A stretch of 64,000 nt of DNA from Vitrella brassicaformis CCMP3155 (Eukaryota > Protista > Chromerida): contig CDMY01000542.1 of assembly GCA_001179505.1 (NCBI GenBank), positions 124,001 through 188,000 on the forward strand. The letters are read 5' to 3'. The notes below the pieces were generated by a model, which worked only from the letters and a program-made list of their open reading frames with translations, did no database searches and had not been told where the DNA came from. Both the position numbers and the translations under genes were made by a program. The number at the start of each line of letters is the position of its first letter. Positions within the stretch are counted from its first letter, which is position 1. Below, in pieces: positions 32,069-44,392 of this stretch.

Positions 32069-33502
32069 TCAAGGCCCCCATCTGTCCCTCACAGCCACCA
32101 GGCTGTCGGGCAGCGCCACACCGGGGCACACCCCGCACGAACCATCAATGGTATCAACAACAGCCACACGCGAGGCATCATCCACCTCATCGACGTCAGC
32201 AATCGCCACCAAATGGTCGCCTGCACGCCACGCGTCAACACAATCGCACCACACCACACTCATGTGTGAGGGGTGGAGGGGTGAGCGTACACTGACTGTA
32301 CCGATCGCCGCGAGCAGCTCGTCGGTGTGTGGTCGATGCAGCGAGAGGGCGTGCAGCACCGTGGCCAGGTGCGCGGGGCGGTATTCGCCCCTACCAGACG
32401 ACAGCAGATGCCGCACCCGCACCAGCAGGCCATCAAACACCCTGAGATACTCAAGGACATACCACACCACACACACACAGAAGGATAATGAGAGGAGCCA
32501 CATGTGTGTCTGATGTGCGCACGTGTCGTCTTTGAAGTGTGTGTGGCTCATGGCCTGGATGGCCGCAGCGCAGTCGGTCAGCCTGAAGTGGTGCATTCGC
32601 CGCCTCATGCGGCCCGTGAAGGCCGTCACCAGCCAATCGTCACACCAGCCCCTCTCGGCAAAGATCCGATACAGATGGGCTGCACGTACGTGTGTGTGGC
32701 GGAGGGAGGGAACACAGGCATATGGCATGTTCGTGTCTGTCTGTCTGTTTATGTGTGTGTGTGTGGGATTGTCTGTTTGTTGGCTCTGTTGGCTGACTTC
32801 ACGTACGCAGGTGTGGTTCGAATGTCTTGGTGATGAGCTGCTGCGCCCGCCAGGCCAGCGTCACCCACACGGCCCTGTCTGTCATGCCCTCACGCACACA
32901 CCTCTCAGCAACCTGATCCATCCAGCCGCACACACCACACGCTCGTCTTTCTGTGTGACCTTCCTTCTGGCCATAAATTAACCCTTGGTCTCTTTCCCTT
33001 CCCTCACCACTGCGAGTGTGGTTGGGTCTGTAATCCTCCCGTGTGGCCCATGTGCCTCCCCACGTGTGGCTGCCCTTATGTCGTCGATGGCCATGAGCAT
33101 GTCGGGCCGCTCCTGGCTGTCGTGCCACCACTCCTTGCCACCCGACGACAGGCAAGCAGCTGCCATCGACATCGATGGTGCACTGGCGGCATTTCTGGCA
33201 CACAGACGGAACACCAGCTGTTTCATCCTGCGCTTCGCTGCAGACAGACACGCAGACATACAGCCCGACAGACAGACAGACAGGCAGGCAGTGATTCACG
33301 ACACTGGTGGGTGCATTATCTATCTCTCTGTCTATCTGCATTCATTCATTCATGTGTCTGTTCGTCCGTCTGGCTTACAAGGCGGTGTATAGGCTCTCAT
33401 CTGGCCTGAAAGGTGCCTCAGTCGTCGAGCGGATGGCGCACCTGCAGGGCCTGCGGCGAGGGAGCACACCTGAAGGCTCCGCCGTGTGTCGTTTCGCAGC
33501 AT
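32069..33502 (-). CDS. Helical-repeat (heptatricopeptide/FASTK-like) putative organellar RNA-binding protein
   Basis: Arg-rich presequence-like exon 1 (MLRNDTRRSLQ...RRLRHLS); repeat-like FRLTDCAAAIQAMSHTHFKDD and YRPAHLATVLHALSLHRPHTDELLAAI; exons join in frame; family is inference. Confidence 0.5.
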
Positions 33503-33544
33503 CACAACGTAGGGAAGGTGTTGAGATGGCGTCTGATCTGCAGG

Positions 33545-33596
33545 CCCTAACCCCTAAACCCTAAAAACCCTGAACCCGAGAAACCCCAAACCCTGG
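33545..33596. repeat. Degenerate interstitial telomere-like / telo-box array (CCCTAA, CCCTAAA, CCCTGAA variants, 7 units)
   Basis: ccctaa cccctaaa ccctaaaaa ccctgaa cccgagaaa ccccaaa ccctgg, between divergent starts at 33502(-) and 33781(+). Confidence 0.75.
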
Positions 33597-33780
33597 AAGA
33601 AACGAACGAACGGGAACCGAAAAAAGAAAGATCCCGCTCAAAGAAGCGTGCAACAGTTTGGTGTAGGCGGACAAGAGCTGGGGATAGATAGTATGTGTGG
33701 ATAGGTGCGGGCGTCGGCTGCCGCCCCGCCTGTGGCCTCCCCTGCCTCCCTAGCTGCCTGCGTGTCGAGCGCTGCGCACA

Positions 33781-34573
33781 ATGGCGCACGAGAGGGCCCA
33801 ACCATCACAGGCATCTCAGGTAGCCACCGATGTGCCACTCGACTCACCGGTAAGGACGCACGAGCGCACGGCCAGACGGCAGAAAGATGTGTTTGTCTGG
33901 TTGTATGTCGGTCGATTCGATGCAGATCCGAGAGTTGCTGCGGACCAGATCTCGTGTGGGTTTCGGTCCGTCGACGGGCACCACCATGACCTGCTCACTC
34001 TTACAGATTGCCATATGTGTGGATGGATGCAACACAACACACACATATACACACACACGCCACACCACACGGAATGCTAATGGGTATCTGTGTGCTTGTG
34101 TGTTGACCTTGCAGCCAACGGCAGCCAGGTTGAGGTAGTAGAGGCCCTGCTGGATGCGCCGGGTGTGGCGTTGAAGAACCAGACGCTCATGCACCACGTG
34201 GCGGCCTGCCCACTCTCCGGCCACCGCAAGCTGCGGCTCGTCAAGGGCCTGCTGCAGCGAGAGCCCTCACTGGCCACAGAGGTCCGTATTTGTCTGTGTA
34301 TCCATCCACACACACTCTCGGCCCCCTCTCTCCCACCCTCTGTGTGCGTGTCTGTGTGTGTGTGGTCAGGTTGACGAGTGCGGCCGCCGGCCCGTGCACA
34401 TGTTCTTCCGCTACCCACTCAACGAGGCGGCGCTGCAGAAGGAGCTGACAGATCTGCTCATAGCGACGGCCGGCCCGAGCATCCTGCGTGCCCGCGACAT
34501 GTGGGGCATGTGCCCGCGGGACCACGTGGCGGAGCCTGAGCACCGGTCCAACAAGGACAAGGAGCTCAACTGA
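33781..34573 (+). CDS. Small ankyrin-repeat protein (4 exons)
   Basis: SLLQIAISNGSQVEVVEALLDA, TLMHHVAA, VDECGRRPVHMF, ARDMWGMCPRD. Confidence 0.65.
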
Positions 34574-35052
34574 CCCACCGACCGACCAACGCACGCCACG
34601 CCGATATCCATTGCCGATATGTAGAGGCCGACAGACAAGTGCACACAAAAACAGCGGTAGAGGTAGGTGTAGAGGTCTAGAGGGAGGGAGGGAGGGAGGG
34701 AGGGCGAGCGGGTGTAGTGTACAGGAGCGGGGCGCGGCGCGGCGTTGGCTGTGTGCTGTGTGCTGTGCTGTGTTGCGTGTGTGAGGGAGCGTAAGTGTGT
34801 CCGTTCGCTCTGCACATGTACATAGATATTTGCGTGGGCGGCGCGAGGCGAGGCCAGTGTGGGTGGACAGGGAGCTTTCCAACGAATCAATATGACGGAA
34901 GGATGACTGAATGAATAATCAACGAGTGTTCCTGAAGAAATGGACATTGCTCCCATTTGTTCGTTTCTGCGGCTTTTGTTGGGGTTCAAGTTGGGTTTCA
35001 ATGGCAGGGTTTCTTGGATCGCCGGCGCGTGACGGCCGTGCATCGCCACCGC

Positions 35053-35696
35053 ATGGGGAGTTTCCTTTACAGCTTGCTCTGGGTACCTGAGCCTGAAGAC
35101 AGCGAAAAGTGGCGTTTGATTCAAAGAGTAGGTGATGCCGTTGATCAGATAAGGCACAGGCTGCCGTGCCCCTGTAACAGCACCATGCTCGGTATCGATG
35201 CGCTTCGAGTGCTTGACCGATGCCTGGATGAAGACGGGGTACGCAATGCATCTTTTGACCTGACTGACAGAAACCACCAGTGGCCGTGTCATGTCTGCAG
35301 AACATCAAGGAGAGCCATCGTGAACGGTTTGTCGCGGCGTGCAAGATAGCCGCGCTTTCGCAGGCTGAGGTGTTGGAGGTGCACGCGCGGAGGCTCGGCC
35401 GTGACCACGTCAAGTAAGAAATGACGACCAATGAGCAGATCTATCAGATGGGTGGGTACCGGGACAACGTGCTGTCACCCACCTCACTGTTCCCGTCTGT
35501 GTGTGTGTGTGTTAGGAGGGTGGAGAAGATGCTGGGCGGCCCCATCGTACCCCCCAGAGAGAGCCGGGAACGGCCAACTCCAACACAGGCCACAGGCCAG
35601 GCCGACCGCGCGGAACCACGAGCACGAGGGCAGAGTATCAGCAGTGACGATACTATCGGCTCAAGCCCGACGGACCCACTGCTGGGGCAGCAGTAA
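35053..35696 (+). CDS. Hypothetical protein (3 exons)
   Basis: In-frame GT-AG splicing of MGSFLYSLLWVPE...LDEDG / NIKESHRERF...DHVK / RVEKMLGG...LLGQQ*; no recognised homology. Confidence 0.45.
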
Positions 35697-36300
35697 TGAG
35701 TCGTGACCAACAGACAGACAGACATGCGGGAAGGGGGCGGGTGCAAATGTGGATCGATGAGGCGAATTGGTTCCTTTTTGGTGGACACGACACGCATGAT
35801 TGATGCGATGCCTGTATTTATTGGTGGTTTCTGTTGACTTACTTTTTGCGTGGCCCAGGTGGTTGCACCTTGCCCTTGTACTGTACACCATACAGACAGG
35901 CTCATGACTGACTGCGGTGTGCTTCAGCGATTCTGACTGACTTGTGGTGTTTGTTGTATGCAATTTCTTCGCACATGGGGCATGTATACTTCCCCCCGTG
36001 CCTTGGCACACACACGCTCGTGTCACACACACACACACGCCCGTGTGAAGCCCGCAGGCCACACGCACTCAGATGGGATGGATGCGTTCGTTTTGTTTGT
36101 GTGCACACAGCAGCCAGTGGAGGTGTGCATCGCACACATTCAGGCAGGCAGGCAGGCAGGGGCATGCGTAGAGAAGGGTCTTCTCTGTCTGTCTGTCTGT
36201 CTGTGCGCATAAAGGAATGACATGAAGGGACACCTTGAAGCTAGGAGGATGGCTAAATGACAGACACTGTCAGACAGACATGCATGCCTCTAGCTGTCAG

Positions 36301-38582
36301 CTATCTATCTCTAGTCCTCATGACACAGAAGAAGAATCCGTCTCTGCCCCTGCTGACCGGCAGGTGGGTCACACCCCCACTAAATGACACAATGGGGCCA
36401 TCGCCATCCACATTCCTCACCCCCTCCCCCCTCTGCTCCCCATCCCCACACTCATCGTCGTCAGGCATTGCGACGCCACCCTGGCCGTCGCACGCCACAC
36501 TCGCACCACACACATCCAGCCCCAGCTGACGCGTGAAGTACTCGATCTGCTGCTCATTCTCCTCTTCCTACACACATCCACACACACACACACACAGAGA
36601 GAGAGACAGAGAGAGAGAGCCATGTTAGCACACGTGTTGGCACACCTCAGTCATTTCGCCCACTCACTCACCGTGATGGCACACGTGGAGTAGACGAGCC
36701 TGCCCGTTGTGGGCTTGACGAACTCCACGGCCCTCTCCACGATCTCCCTCTGCGTCTTGACCAGGCCCCCCAGCTCACTCTCAGCAAACAGCCACCTGTA
36801 CTCGGGGTGCTTTCGCAGCGTCCCCGTGTTGCTGCAGGGCACGTCACATATGACCCAGTCGAAGCTGCGGCGCATCCTCTTGGCCTGCTGGGGGTGTGAG
36901 AGCCGGTCGGGCGTGATGCACTCGAAGTCCTCGACGCCTGCGCGGGAGAGGCGGGCGTGGGCCTTGTGCAGAGACTCCTCTCGGACGTCGTGCAGCACCA
37001 GGGGGCAGGGGCCGTCGAAGGTGGTTGATGGCGGGGTGGCTGTTTGGGTGGGAATGAGGACAGGCAGACAGACAGACAGACAGACAAGTGGATGGATGTG
37101 GTGTGTGTGGATGGTGTGTGTGTGTGTCACGGACTCACCGGTCCTCTTGAGTCTGTGCGCGATTGCGAGTGACTTGCCGCCGGCACCTGCATACACGCAT
37201 ACACCCATCCATCCAGTCACGGCGTCCGTCACTCACGACATACGCACCGGCGCAGTAGTCGAGAACCCGCTGATTGGGCCGGCAATCGATGCTCTCTGAA
37301 AGCACACACACCAGACACAACAAACAGGACACACACTTTCTCTGTCTGTGTGTGGAATGAGATGATGTGTGGTTGTCTGCTTGTCTGTCCGACCGGCGAC
37401 GATCTGTGTGGACTCGTCCTGCACCTCCACCACACCATCGATATACAAAGGCAACCGGTGAATCGGAAATCTGACACACAACACAACGGAACACACAACG
37501 ACAAAATCTATGCGGCGTGTGTGAGTGAGTGTGTGTGTGTGTGCCTGACTGACAGACCTGTCGTTGAGTGTGCGTATGGCGAGTGCCGGTCCAGCGGGCT
37601 GTGCGTCGAGGCCCCGCTTCTTCAGCACAGCCAACACATCCTCACGATTGGCCTTCAGCGGGTTCACTGACCCAGCCACCCACCAGCAGACATTAGCACA
37701 TTAACCATCCACGGCGAATGGTGCTTGGATGGGTGTCTACTGAGGCATACTGACCTCTCAGATACAGCGGCGCCCACTCATTGAAGATGAGTCCGAGCTC
37801 CATGGCCCTGTCATGCCCCCAGCGGCCGGCCAGCCGGTCGAACAGCGGGGCGGGGAGGGACACGCGCACATCCGGGGGGATGGAGGCGTCATCCACCAGC
37901 TCAGCCCACCCGCCTGACAATACACGCATCCGAGCGACGTGCACAGGTGGGTCTCTCAGACCGACCGTCGAGATAGGTCTGCAGCCTCGTTTGCCAGAGG
38001 GCGGGATCGGCGCTGCCCTTGCGGCCTGACAGCTCCGGCAAGGTGCTCTCATCGATGCCAGCAGCGTGGTCCAGCAACCTCCGCCACCTCACAAGATTGT
38101 ACAGGCACTGCAGGCAGACAGACACACACAGCACAGAGAGGGATGCTAATAATGCACTCGCTCCATGCACTGCATCCAGTCGGCATTGCAGTCACTGACG
38201 TACTTACATCTGTGACTTGGTTTCTGAGGTCTGGGTCAATGCGTGCAGATGACACCTCCCGGAAGAACCTGCCGTTGAAGTCCCGTGGCGATGTGGTCTC
38301 CAGGTGGTTGATCAGTCGCTTCAGACTCTCCAAGATGAATGGACTGCCCAGCAACCTACGAACCACACAAGCACAAGCCGCACACAGCCAATGAGTCATG
38401 AGCGTAGATCTGCTTCTCCATGGACGCATCTCGCACGCTGCATACCTGTCACATTGCACTCTGTGGATTCCCATCGAAAAAAAATCCTTCTTGACTCGCC
38501 AGCCAGCGGTTTCAGGGAGCACCCTAGCCGGATGGCGAGCTTTTTGTAGGAAAGCCTTCCCTCTCGTTTCCCTTTTACTCAT
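36301..38582 (-). CDS. RsmB/NOL1/NOP2/Sun family RNA m5C methyltransferase, bacterial RsmB-like
   Basis: LRVNPLK, EVQDESTQIVA, VLDYCAGAGGKS, motif IV DVPCSNTGTLRKHPE, motif VI LVYSTC; start could be 38474. Confidence 0.9.
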
Positions 38583-38633
38583 CGCCGGCTCTCTCCGCTC
38601 ACCTGACGGTGTCGGCCAACCGCAGAACTCACA

Positions 38634-39482
38634 ATGATGCGCGTGATCTGGAGCTTCTGCGCCAGTGTGACTCGTGGGACGGCTTCCTCACCGGCATTGC
38701 CAGCAGCAGCGGATGACGGACCTGTTCTGCCCACCGGCAATGCAGCTCGGCCCGCCCAGCATCATGGTCATCTCGACAAGGTGTGCTGCATCTGCCGAGA
38801 CGGGCTGCAGCCGCAGACGGAGCTTTGCCTGCGGCTGCTCAACTGCGGGTGCACGTACCACTTCGATTGCCTGGCCGGCTACCTGAAGCATCAGCTATCT
38901 GCCGGGAAGGTGCCCTTCGTGTGCCCCTCGCTCGTCCCGTCGGCTGTGGGTGGGGAGCACCAATGCCGGACACAGCTGAATGCGGCCGATTTGGTGATGG
39001 TGATGGAGGACGTCGAGCTGGCCAAGTATGACGAGATGCTCATCGGCAAGATGGCCGAGATGCGCGTGTGTGGTACGCCCAGACATATGGGATGAGTGGG
39101 GTGGGCGGGGGTGTGACTGACTGATGTGGTGTGTGTGTGCACGTGCAGGCTATCCTGACTGCGGTTACCGATTCATCCTCGGCCCTGAGCGAGGTGTACA
39201 GGCTGGCTTTCCTTGCCCGAAATGCAAGAAGCTGTAAGTACGAGAGAAACCAACACACACATCCCGCGATGCATGTGCATGTGTGTATGTGTGTGTGTGT
39301 TTGTTTGTTCGTGTGTCAGGTGTCTGCTGTGCGGCGGGAAGGTCCACAAGGACATGACGTGTGAGCAGGCCAAGCAGGATACAGCGCGCCAGGGCTGGTT
39401 TGGGCTGCTGCTGCAGCCCGACCAAGACGACAAACGGGGCGAAGAGGCATTCCTGCGATACCAGAAGGTACGCAGCCGGCAC

Positions 39483-39521
<39 letters not shown>

Positions 39522-39790
39522 ATGGGGGAGTGTGGCATTGGTGGTGCGTTGCAATCGGTCAGCGTCACCGGACCAACGTGTGTCCCGGCTGCGGTGCTGT
39601 GATTAGCAAGACCACCGGCTGCAACCACATGACCTGCACCCACTGCGGCAAGGAGTTCCGCTACAACGAGGCGGGAAGGTACGCCTGTATATGTGTGAGC
39701 GGTAAAGTAGGTGGGCGGATCCACCCACCTGTGTCTGTCTGTCTATCTGTCTGTTGTATTCACTGCCTGCACTGCAGCACGAAAAAGTGA
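38634..39790 (+). CDS. RBR (RING-IBR-RING) E3 ubiquitin ligase
   Basis: RING1 CCIC...CGCTYHFDC...CP; IBR rebuilt across introns CGYPDC..CPKC..CLLC..H..C; Rcat CPGCGAVISKTTGCNHMTCTHC. Confidence 0.88.
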
Positions 39791-39969
39791 GTGAAGGCGC
39801 TGGCTGTGACAGTGGAAGACAACATGTTTGTGTGTGAGCATCTGTCTGTCTGCGTGGAGATGTGTATATGTCTGTATGTGTGTGTGTGTAGATGGCTGCA
39901 TATATACGCCTGTACGTACGTACGTGTCATTTATATGATTGCCCATCGAGTGTAATATAGTCCAGAGAA

Positions 39970-40005
<36 letters not shown>

Positions 40006-40519
40006 GCGGTGGAGGAAAACAGTGAGTGTGACGCACGAATCGAGCGTTGCACCGGGTTTATATACGTGCGCGTCCATGTATCTGCAGTATTTGTATACAC
40101 GTGTGTGTGTGTGTGTGTGTGGATCTGTCTGTCTGTCTGTCTGTGTCGTATGTGCGCTCCTGTGTGCTGTCTGTCACGCCCGGCTGATCGGTTTCCGGAT
40201 CGGTTTTCCCCATTCGGTTCCATGCATGTAGCATAGACGCGGACATCCGTACACACATCGATCAGATCATACACACTTTTGGGTCGTTTTTCCTCTTCCC
40301 TTCGTGAAGCTTTATATATCGACGGCCGGTGCACCGTTGGCCTTTTTTCGGACGTGTTTGTGAGGTCCATACGTACATGTGTGTGGGTGAGTCTGTGTTG
40401 AGAATGGACATACAGCTGACAACGTGCGATCGATTGAGTTGGACGCGTGTCATCAAGACAACCTCGCTCCCACCACACACGCACTCGTCCATCCACGACC
40501 AGAACACTCACACTCTTCC

Positions 40520-42570
40520 CCCGTCATCCATCCACTCACTTGTGCATCCATACACTGCACTGCACTCAGCTCAGACTCTGTTGATGTATGAGTGTTGGGT
40601 CATTTCTGCAGCATTACACCGGGCAGACGGAGACCACCTGCGTTGACACGTCAACAGACAGACAGACAGAGACATGATGGCTCATGATGGCATGGTCGCT
40701 CACTTGACGCATCGGTGGATGGGGTCGAGCAGCCCCTCCTCACTGAACACACACACACCCCCTGGATGATGATGACGACACAGAGAGCACACACATATTG
40801 TATAGATGTGCACACACGTACCCCGGCGGCACGAGCGGTGCCAGCACGCGTCGCAGGTCGGTGGCCGCCAGCCGCTCAGACGCAAACACCGCGGGCAGCT
40901 CGAGGGATTTGATGAGTTCGCCAGCTGAGGCCGTCAGCTCCTCCGTCTCAGCTCTTGTCGGCGTGCCCAGCACTTGGCAGATGCGCAGGATCTGGTAGGG
41001 CTCGTCGTCGCCAGCTGTGACATCCAGGCACACACGCGGCTGACTGATGTGTGTGTGTGTCATGGATGTGTGGCTGGTCGATTGATCTCACCTTGGGGAC
41101 CCTCCATTCTGTTTCGTTTGCGTTTGTGGCGGCCGTCGTCTCTCTCCTTGTTGTCCTTGTTGTCGTTGTTGTCCTTGTTGTCGTGTTGGGGTTGGGGCGG
41201 CTTCCGGCCGACGAACAGCGGTGACAGCAACTGATGGGACGACACACACACATGCAGAGACATTTAGAGGGGCGGGGCGTACTTGTGTGTGTGTGTAGAC
41301 ATACAAGCATCTCTGCGAGGATGCAGCCCGTTGACCACACATCGACAGACTCGTTGTAAGTCATCGACCCAAACAAGAGCTCGGGCTGACACAACAAGAC
41401 AGACACACAGACAGATAGATGTGAGACGTTGGTGGCTGTGTGTGGGTTGGCGGCAAGTCTTTGTCTGCTGACCGCTCTGTATGGCCGCGAGCAGATGTAC
41501 GGCATGTGGTGTGGCGAGTCCGACAGAGACTTGGCACAGCCTGTGTGTGAAGCACACAACACATACATACAGACGCACTCGACTGATCGAGTGTGTCTCG
41601 TTGTGTGTGTGCGTCCGTGCCGGGTGACTGACTGACCGAGGTCACAGATGAAGATGTCGCGGGTCTTGGGGTCAAACAGAATGTTCTCGGGCTTGATGTC
41701 ACGCTGACCGACACCGACAATGGATGCATCCACGCATCCACATGTCTATCGTGTATGTATCGATGTGTCTGTCCCCCACTGAACTGACGTGTGCGATGTT
41801 CTGTTGGTGTAGGGCGTGCAGTGCGGCGACGAGCTGTCTTGCGATGGAGCGGATGAGGTCAGAGGGCAGAGGCCTCCTCTCGGCACGGTGCCGACGGATC
41901 AGCTGCCCCAACGTCGCTGAACAATCCACGCTCACACAGAAGATAAAGAGACAGAAGGGTATGTGAATGTCTCGTGCTTCCATCATATGTGTGCGTGTCA
42001 GGTGATGAGAGGCGCACAGGGCACGCATTGCATGACGATGTGCTGCGTGAGTATCTGTCGCGGTGAGTGCGTGTAGACCACTCCCTCCATCTGCACACAG
42101 TGGGGCAGCCCCTTGACAAGCTCAAGCATCACCTGCTCGCGGCTCACACCACCGCCCCACCTGTGCAAGTGCTCAGAGACATGACAATGACATGGCGGGA
42201 TGGACATTCGCTCACTTGGGTCTCTTCTTGATGGCCACCAGCTCGTTCGTTGATGTGCCGGTGGCAACGTAACACTTGCCAAAGGTGCCCGACCCGAGAA
42301 GCTGCTTCAAGATGTAGCGGGGCGGACGAGTGGCGCCGGTTGTCGCGGCTGAGCCCTCGGCGTCACCACGCCCGCGGCCGGAGTCGGAGGGACGGCCTGG
42401 CTGCATCGCCGTGACAGTCAGTCCATCAATGCCTGATGAAGCCAGCCAGTCAACGAGTGATCGAGTGAATGAGTGTGTTATGGAAAGTGTATACTTACAC
42501 GTCAGTTGATCGTCAATCAATCACACAGAAAATCCGTCATTGAGCATATCAACAGCTGGCATCTCGTGTA
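40520..42570 (-). repeat. About 2.1-kb segmental duplication, copy 2 (inverted relative to 6330-8440)
   Basis: See copy 1. Confidence 0.92.
40571..42406 (-). CDS. Divergent GSK3/shaggy-like kinase, copy 2 (frame appears intact)
   Basis: Same exon structure as 6590-8382; RDIKPEN, PYICSRPYRA; substitutions MQYVP>MQCVP, LDLIH>LDPIH, QMKG>QMEG. Confidence 0.82.
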
Positions 42571-42676
42571 CTGATTCCTACATTGTCCGTGTGTCAAGTA
42601 ATATATCAACCATTCACCGAGCCAGCTCGTCCCGCACATCCATACAGAACGCCCATCATGAAACGAAATCCAACGT

Positions 42677-42706
42677 CCGGATATAAAATGAAGGCAGCGA
42701 TCTCAG
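42677..42706 (-). repeat. 30-bp 'DRRLHFIFVG' motif, degenerate copy 1
   Basis: Reverse complement ctgagatcgctgccttcattttatatccgg. Confidence 0.55.
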
Positions 42707-42742
42707 GAGATCGGAAGGTGTGGTCGTGCTGGCCGCCGCCTT

Positions 42743-42821
42743 CCAGTGAGGGGTGCCACCATCTTCTCTCACTGGGTGCGTGTTGGTGGCTGGGGTGCGG
42801 CCGTCCAGTGAGGGGTGCCAC
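42743..42821 (-). pseudogene. Two tandem fragments of the kinase-like family terminal exon (VAPLTG)
   Basis: ccagtgaggggtgccac at about 42743 and 42805; the minus strand matches gtggcgcccctcattgg (about 58135) and gggccccctcactgg (about 60860). Confidence 0.45.
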
Positions 42822-43624
42822 ACCACCATTCGAGGTGGGGCCACTGGGTGTTGCTGGGGCTGCTTCCCGGGGCTCTGAGTGGGTGAGATGAAGTCGCCGG
42901 TCTCTTTGTTGGTGGCGGCAGGTCTCTTTGTTGCTGGTGGGCGTTGGGCATCTGTTGTCGGGACTCGGTAGGTGGCCTGCAGCAGCATAGAATACAACGC
43001 CATATACACTGTATCGTGTGCTAGTGCAGATGACGGACATTGATGTGTGTCAGGGTGGCATCGGCTCAGCCACATGGTGCCTGCGACACAAACAGACAAC
43101 ACCCACCCACACACGTACGTATCCAGCCACAAGAAATGCATGCATTTGTAAGTGCTATCCGGTGGTGTGGGGTGTCGCCCTCACCTGTTGGCTCTCTCTG
43201 TTGGTGCCCTTCTGTCTCTGCGGCCTTCTAGTGGGCCCTTCTCTCTTTTTTGTCTGCCTTCTGCTGGGCTGTGTTGGGTCTTTTACTTGTCCTTTCTTTC
43301 CCCACCACCCACGCACACACACATTGGATTGGGGCCATTCCAGCCCCACAGCACCCACAACGATACAAATAACTCCAGAGAGGTGAAGCAATGCAATCCT
43401 TACGACGGCCAGACACAAGGCAAGACAGATGGGCAGAAAGGCGACCACACGGACGAAATATACCTCACACAGCCACACATGGGTGGTCAGATAGCCGGTG
43501 TGCTTCCCTCTCCTCTCTCCATCCATCCATCCATCCCAACCGGAGTCAGTCAGGGGGGCCACGCTACTCTCACTGACTTGCCTGCCTGCCTGCCTGCCTG
43601 CCTGCCACCCAGCAGTCAAATGGA

Positions 43625-44030
43625 TGGATGGCTCGATGACTGGCCGCCGCTCCTCTCTCGCAGCAGGTTGACCATCTGCGGATGGGTCAGGGGTGCGTGC
43701 TGGTTGGGGCTGAGGCCAGGCCCACCACCTTCCAGTATGTGTCCAGGGCCAGGCTCTGCTGGTGGGTGCGCGGGGGGGTGGAGCCGTCCGGCAGCTTCTC
43801 GACGGTGTGGTGCGGCTTGAGCAGCCGCTTCATGGCCATACCTGCAGGGATACAGATATGTATTGCATCACATTCACCATGCATGTGCATGTGTCCGTTG
43901 GTGCTCTCTCTGTCTCGGCTGCCCGCCCAGCTGCTTCAACTCCTGCACCGGGGGCTTGTAGGGATCGATGTGGCGGTCTGCCCCCTCTATGATCGCCCGC
44001 CGGCGGTCGTCAATCTCGCCTGGCGGGGGA
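43625..44030 (-). pseudogene. Divergent kinase-like family, piece K2 (last two exons; frameshift and GC donor)
   Basis: EIDDRRRAIIEGADRHIDPYKPPVQELKQL / GMAMKRLLKP...TYWKVVG, one-base loss in a G run, then PLTHPQMVNLLRER. Confidence 0.65.
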
Positions 44031-44255
44031 GGCGGTGGTGTGTCTCCTCCCTTGTGCGGCCATTTCCAGCCTGAGATGTCGAACTTCAGGGAGAGCTCGG
44101 GCTGGAGCTGGCCGGCTTGCTGTAACAGGATGGAGGTCAGGCAGGACATATCAGCACTCCTTCTTACTTGACCGCAGAATGCTGTTGAAAGACTTCCTTC
44201 CCACCTCGAGGCAGCTCCTTTGTGTCGATGTGCACTCGTACGGCAGTAGAAAACT

Positions 44256-44290
44256 CCCGACGAATATGAAATGCAGGCGGCGATCTGAGA
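44256..44290 (-). repeat. 30-bp 'DRRLHFIFVG' motif, copy 2
   Basis: Reverse complement tctcagatcgccgcctgcatttcatattcgtcggg. Confidence 0.8.
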
Positions 44291-44392
44291 GGCACGATAC
44301 ATCAATGCGAAGATAGGAGAGGAACATTGCCTGCCCAGTTGCTGACAGCATCATACCTGGGTCCGATGCGTTGCGAACAAGACGGCGTGTGT

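Noticed and set aside
33545-33596. True chromosome end
   Set aside because: Short, degenerate and flanked by intact genes on both sides.
39840-40500. Dense GA, GT and GTAC repeats
   Set aside because: Ordinary intergenic microsatellites typical of the whole window.
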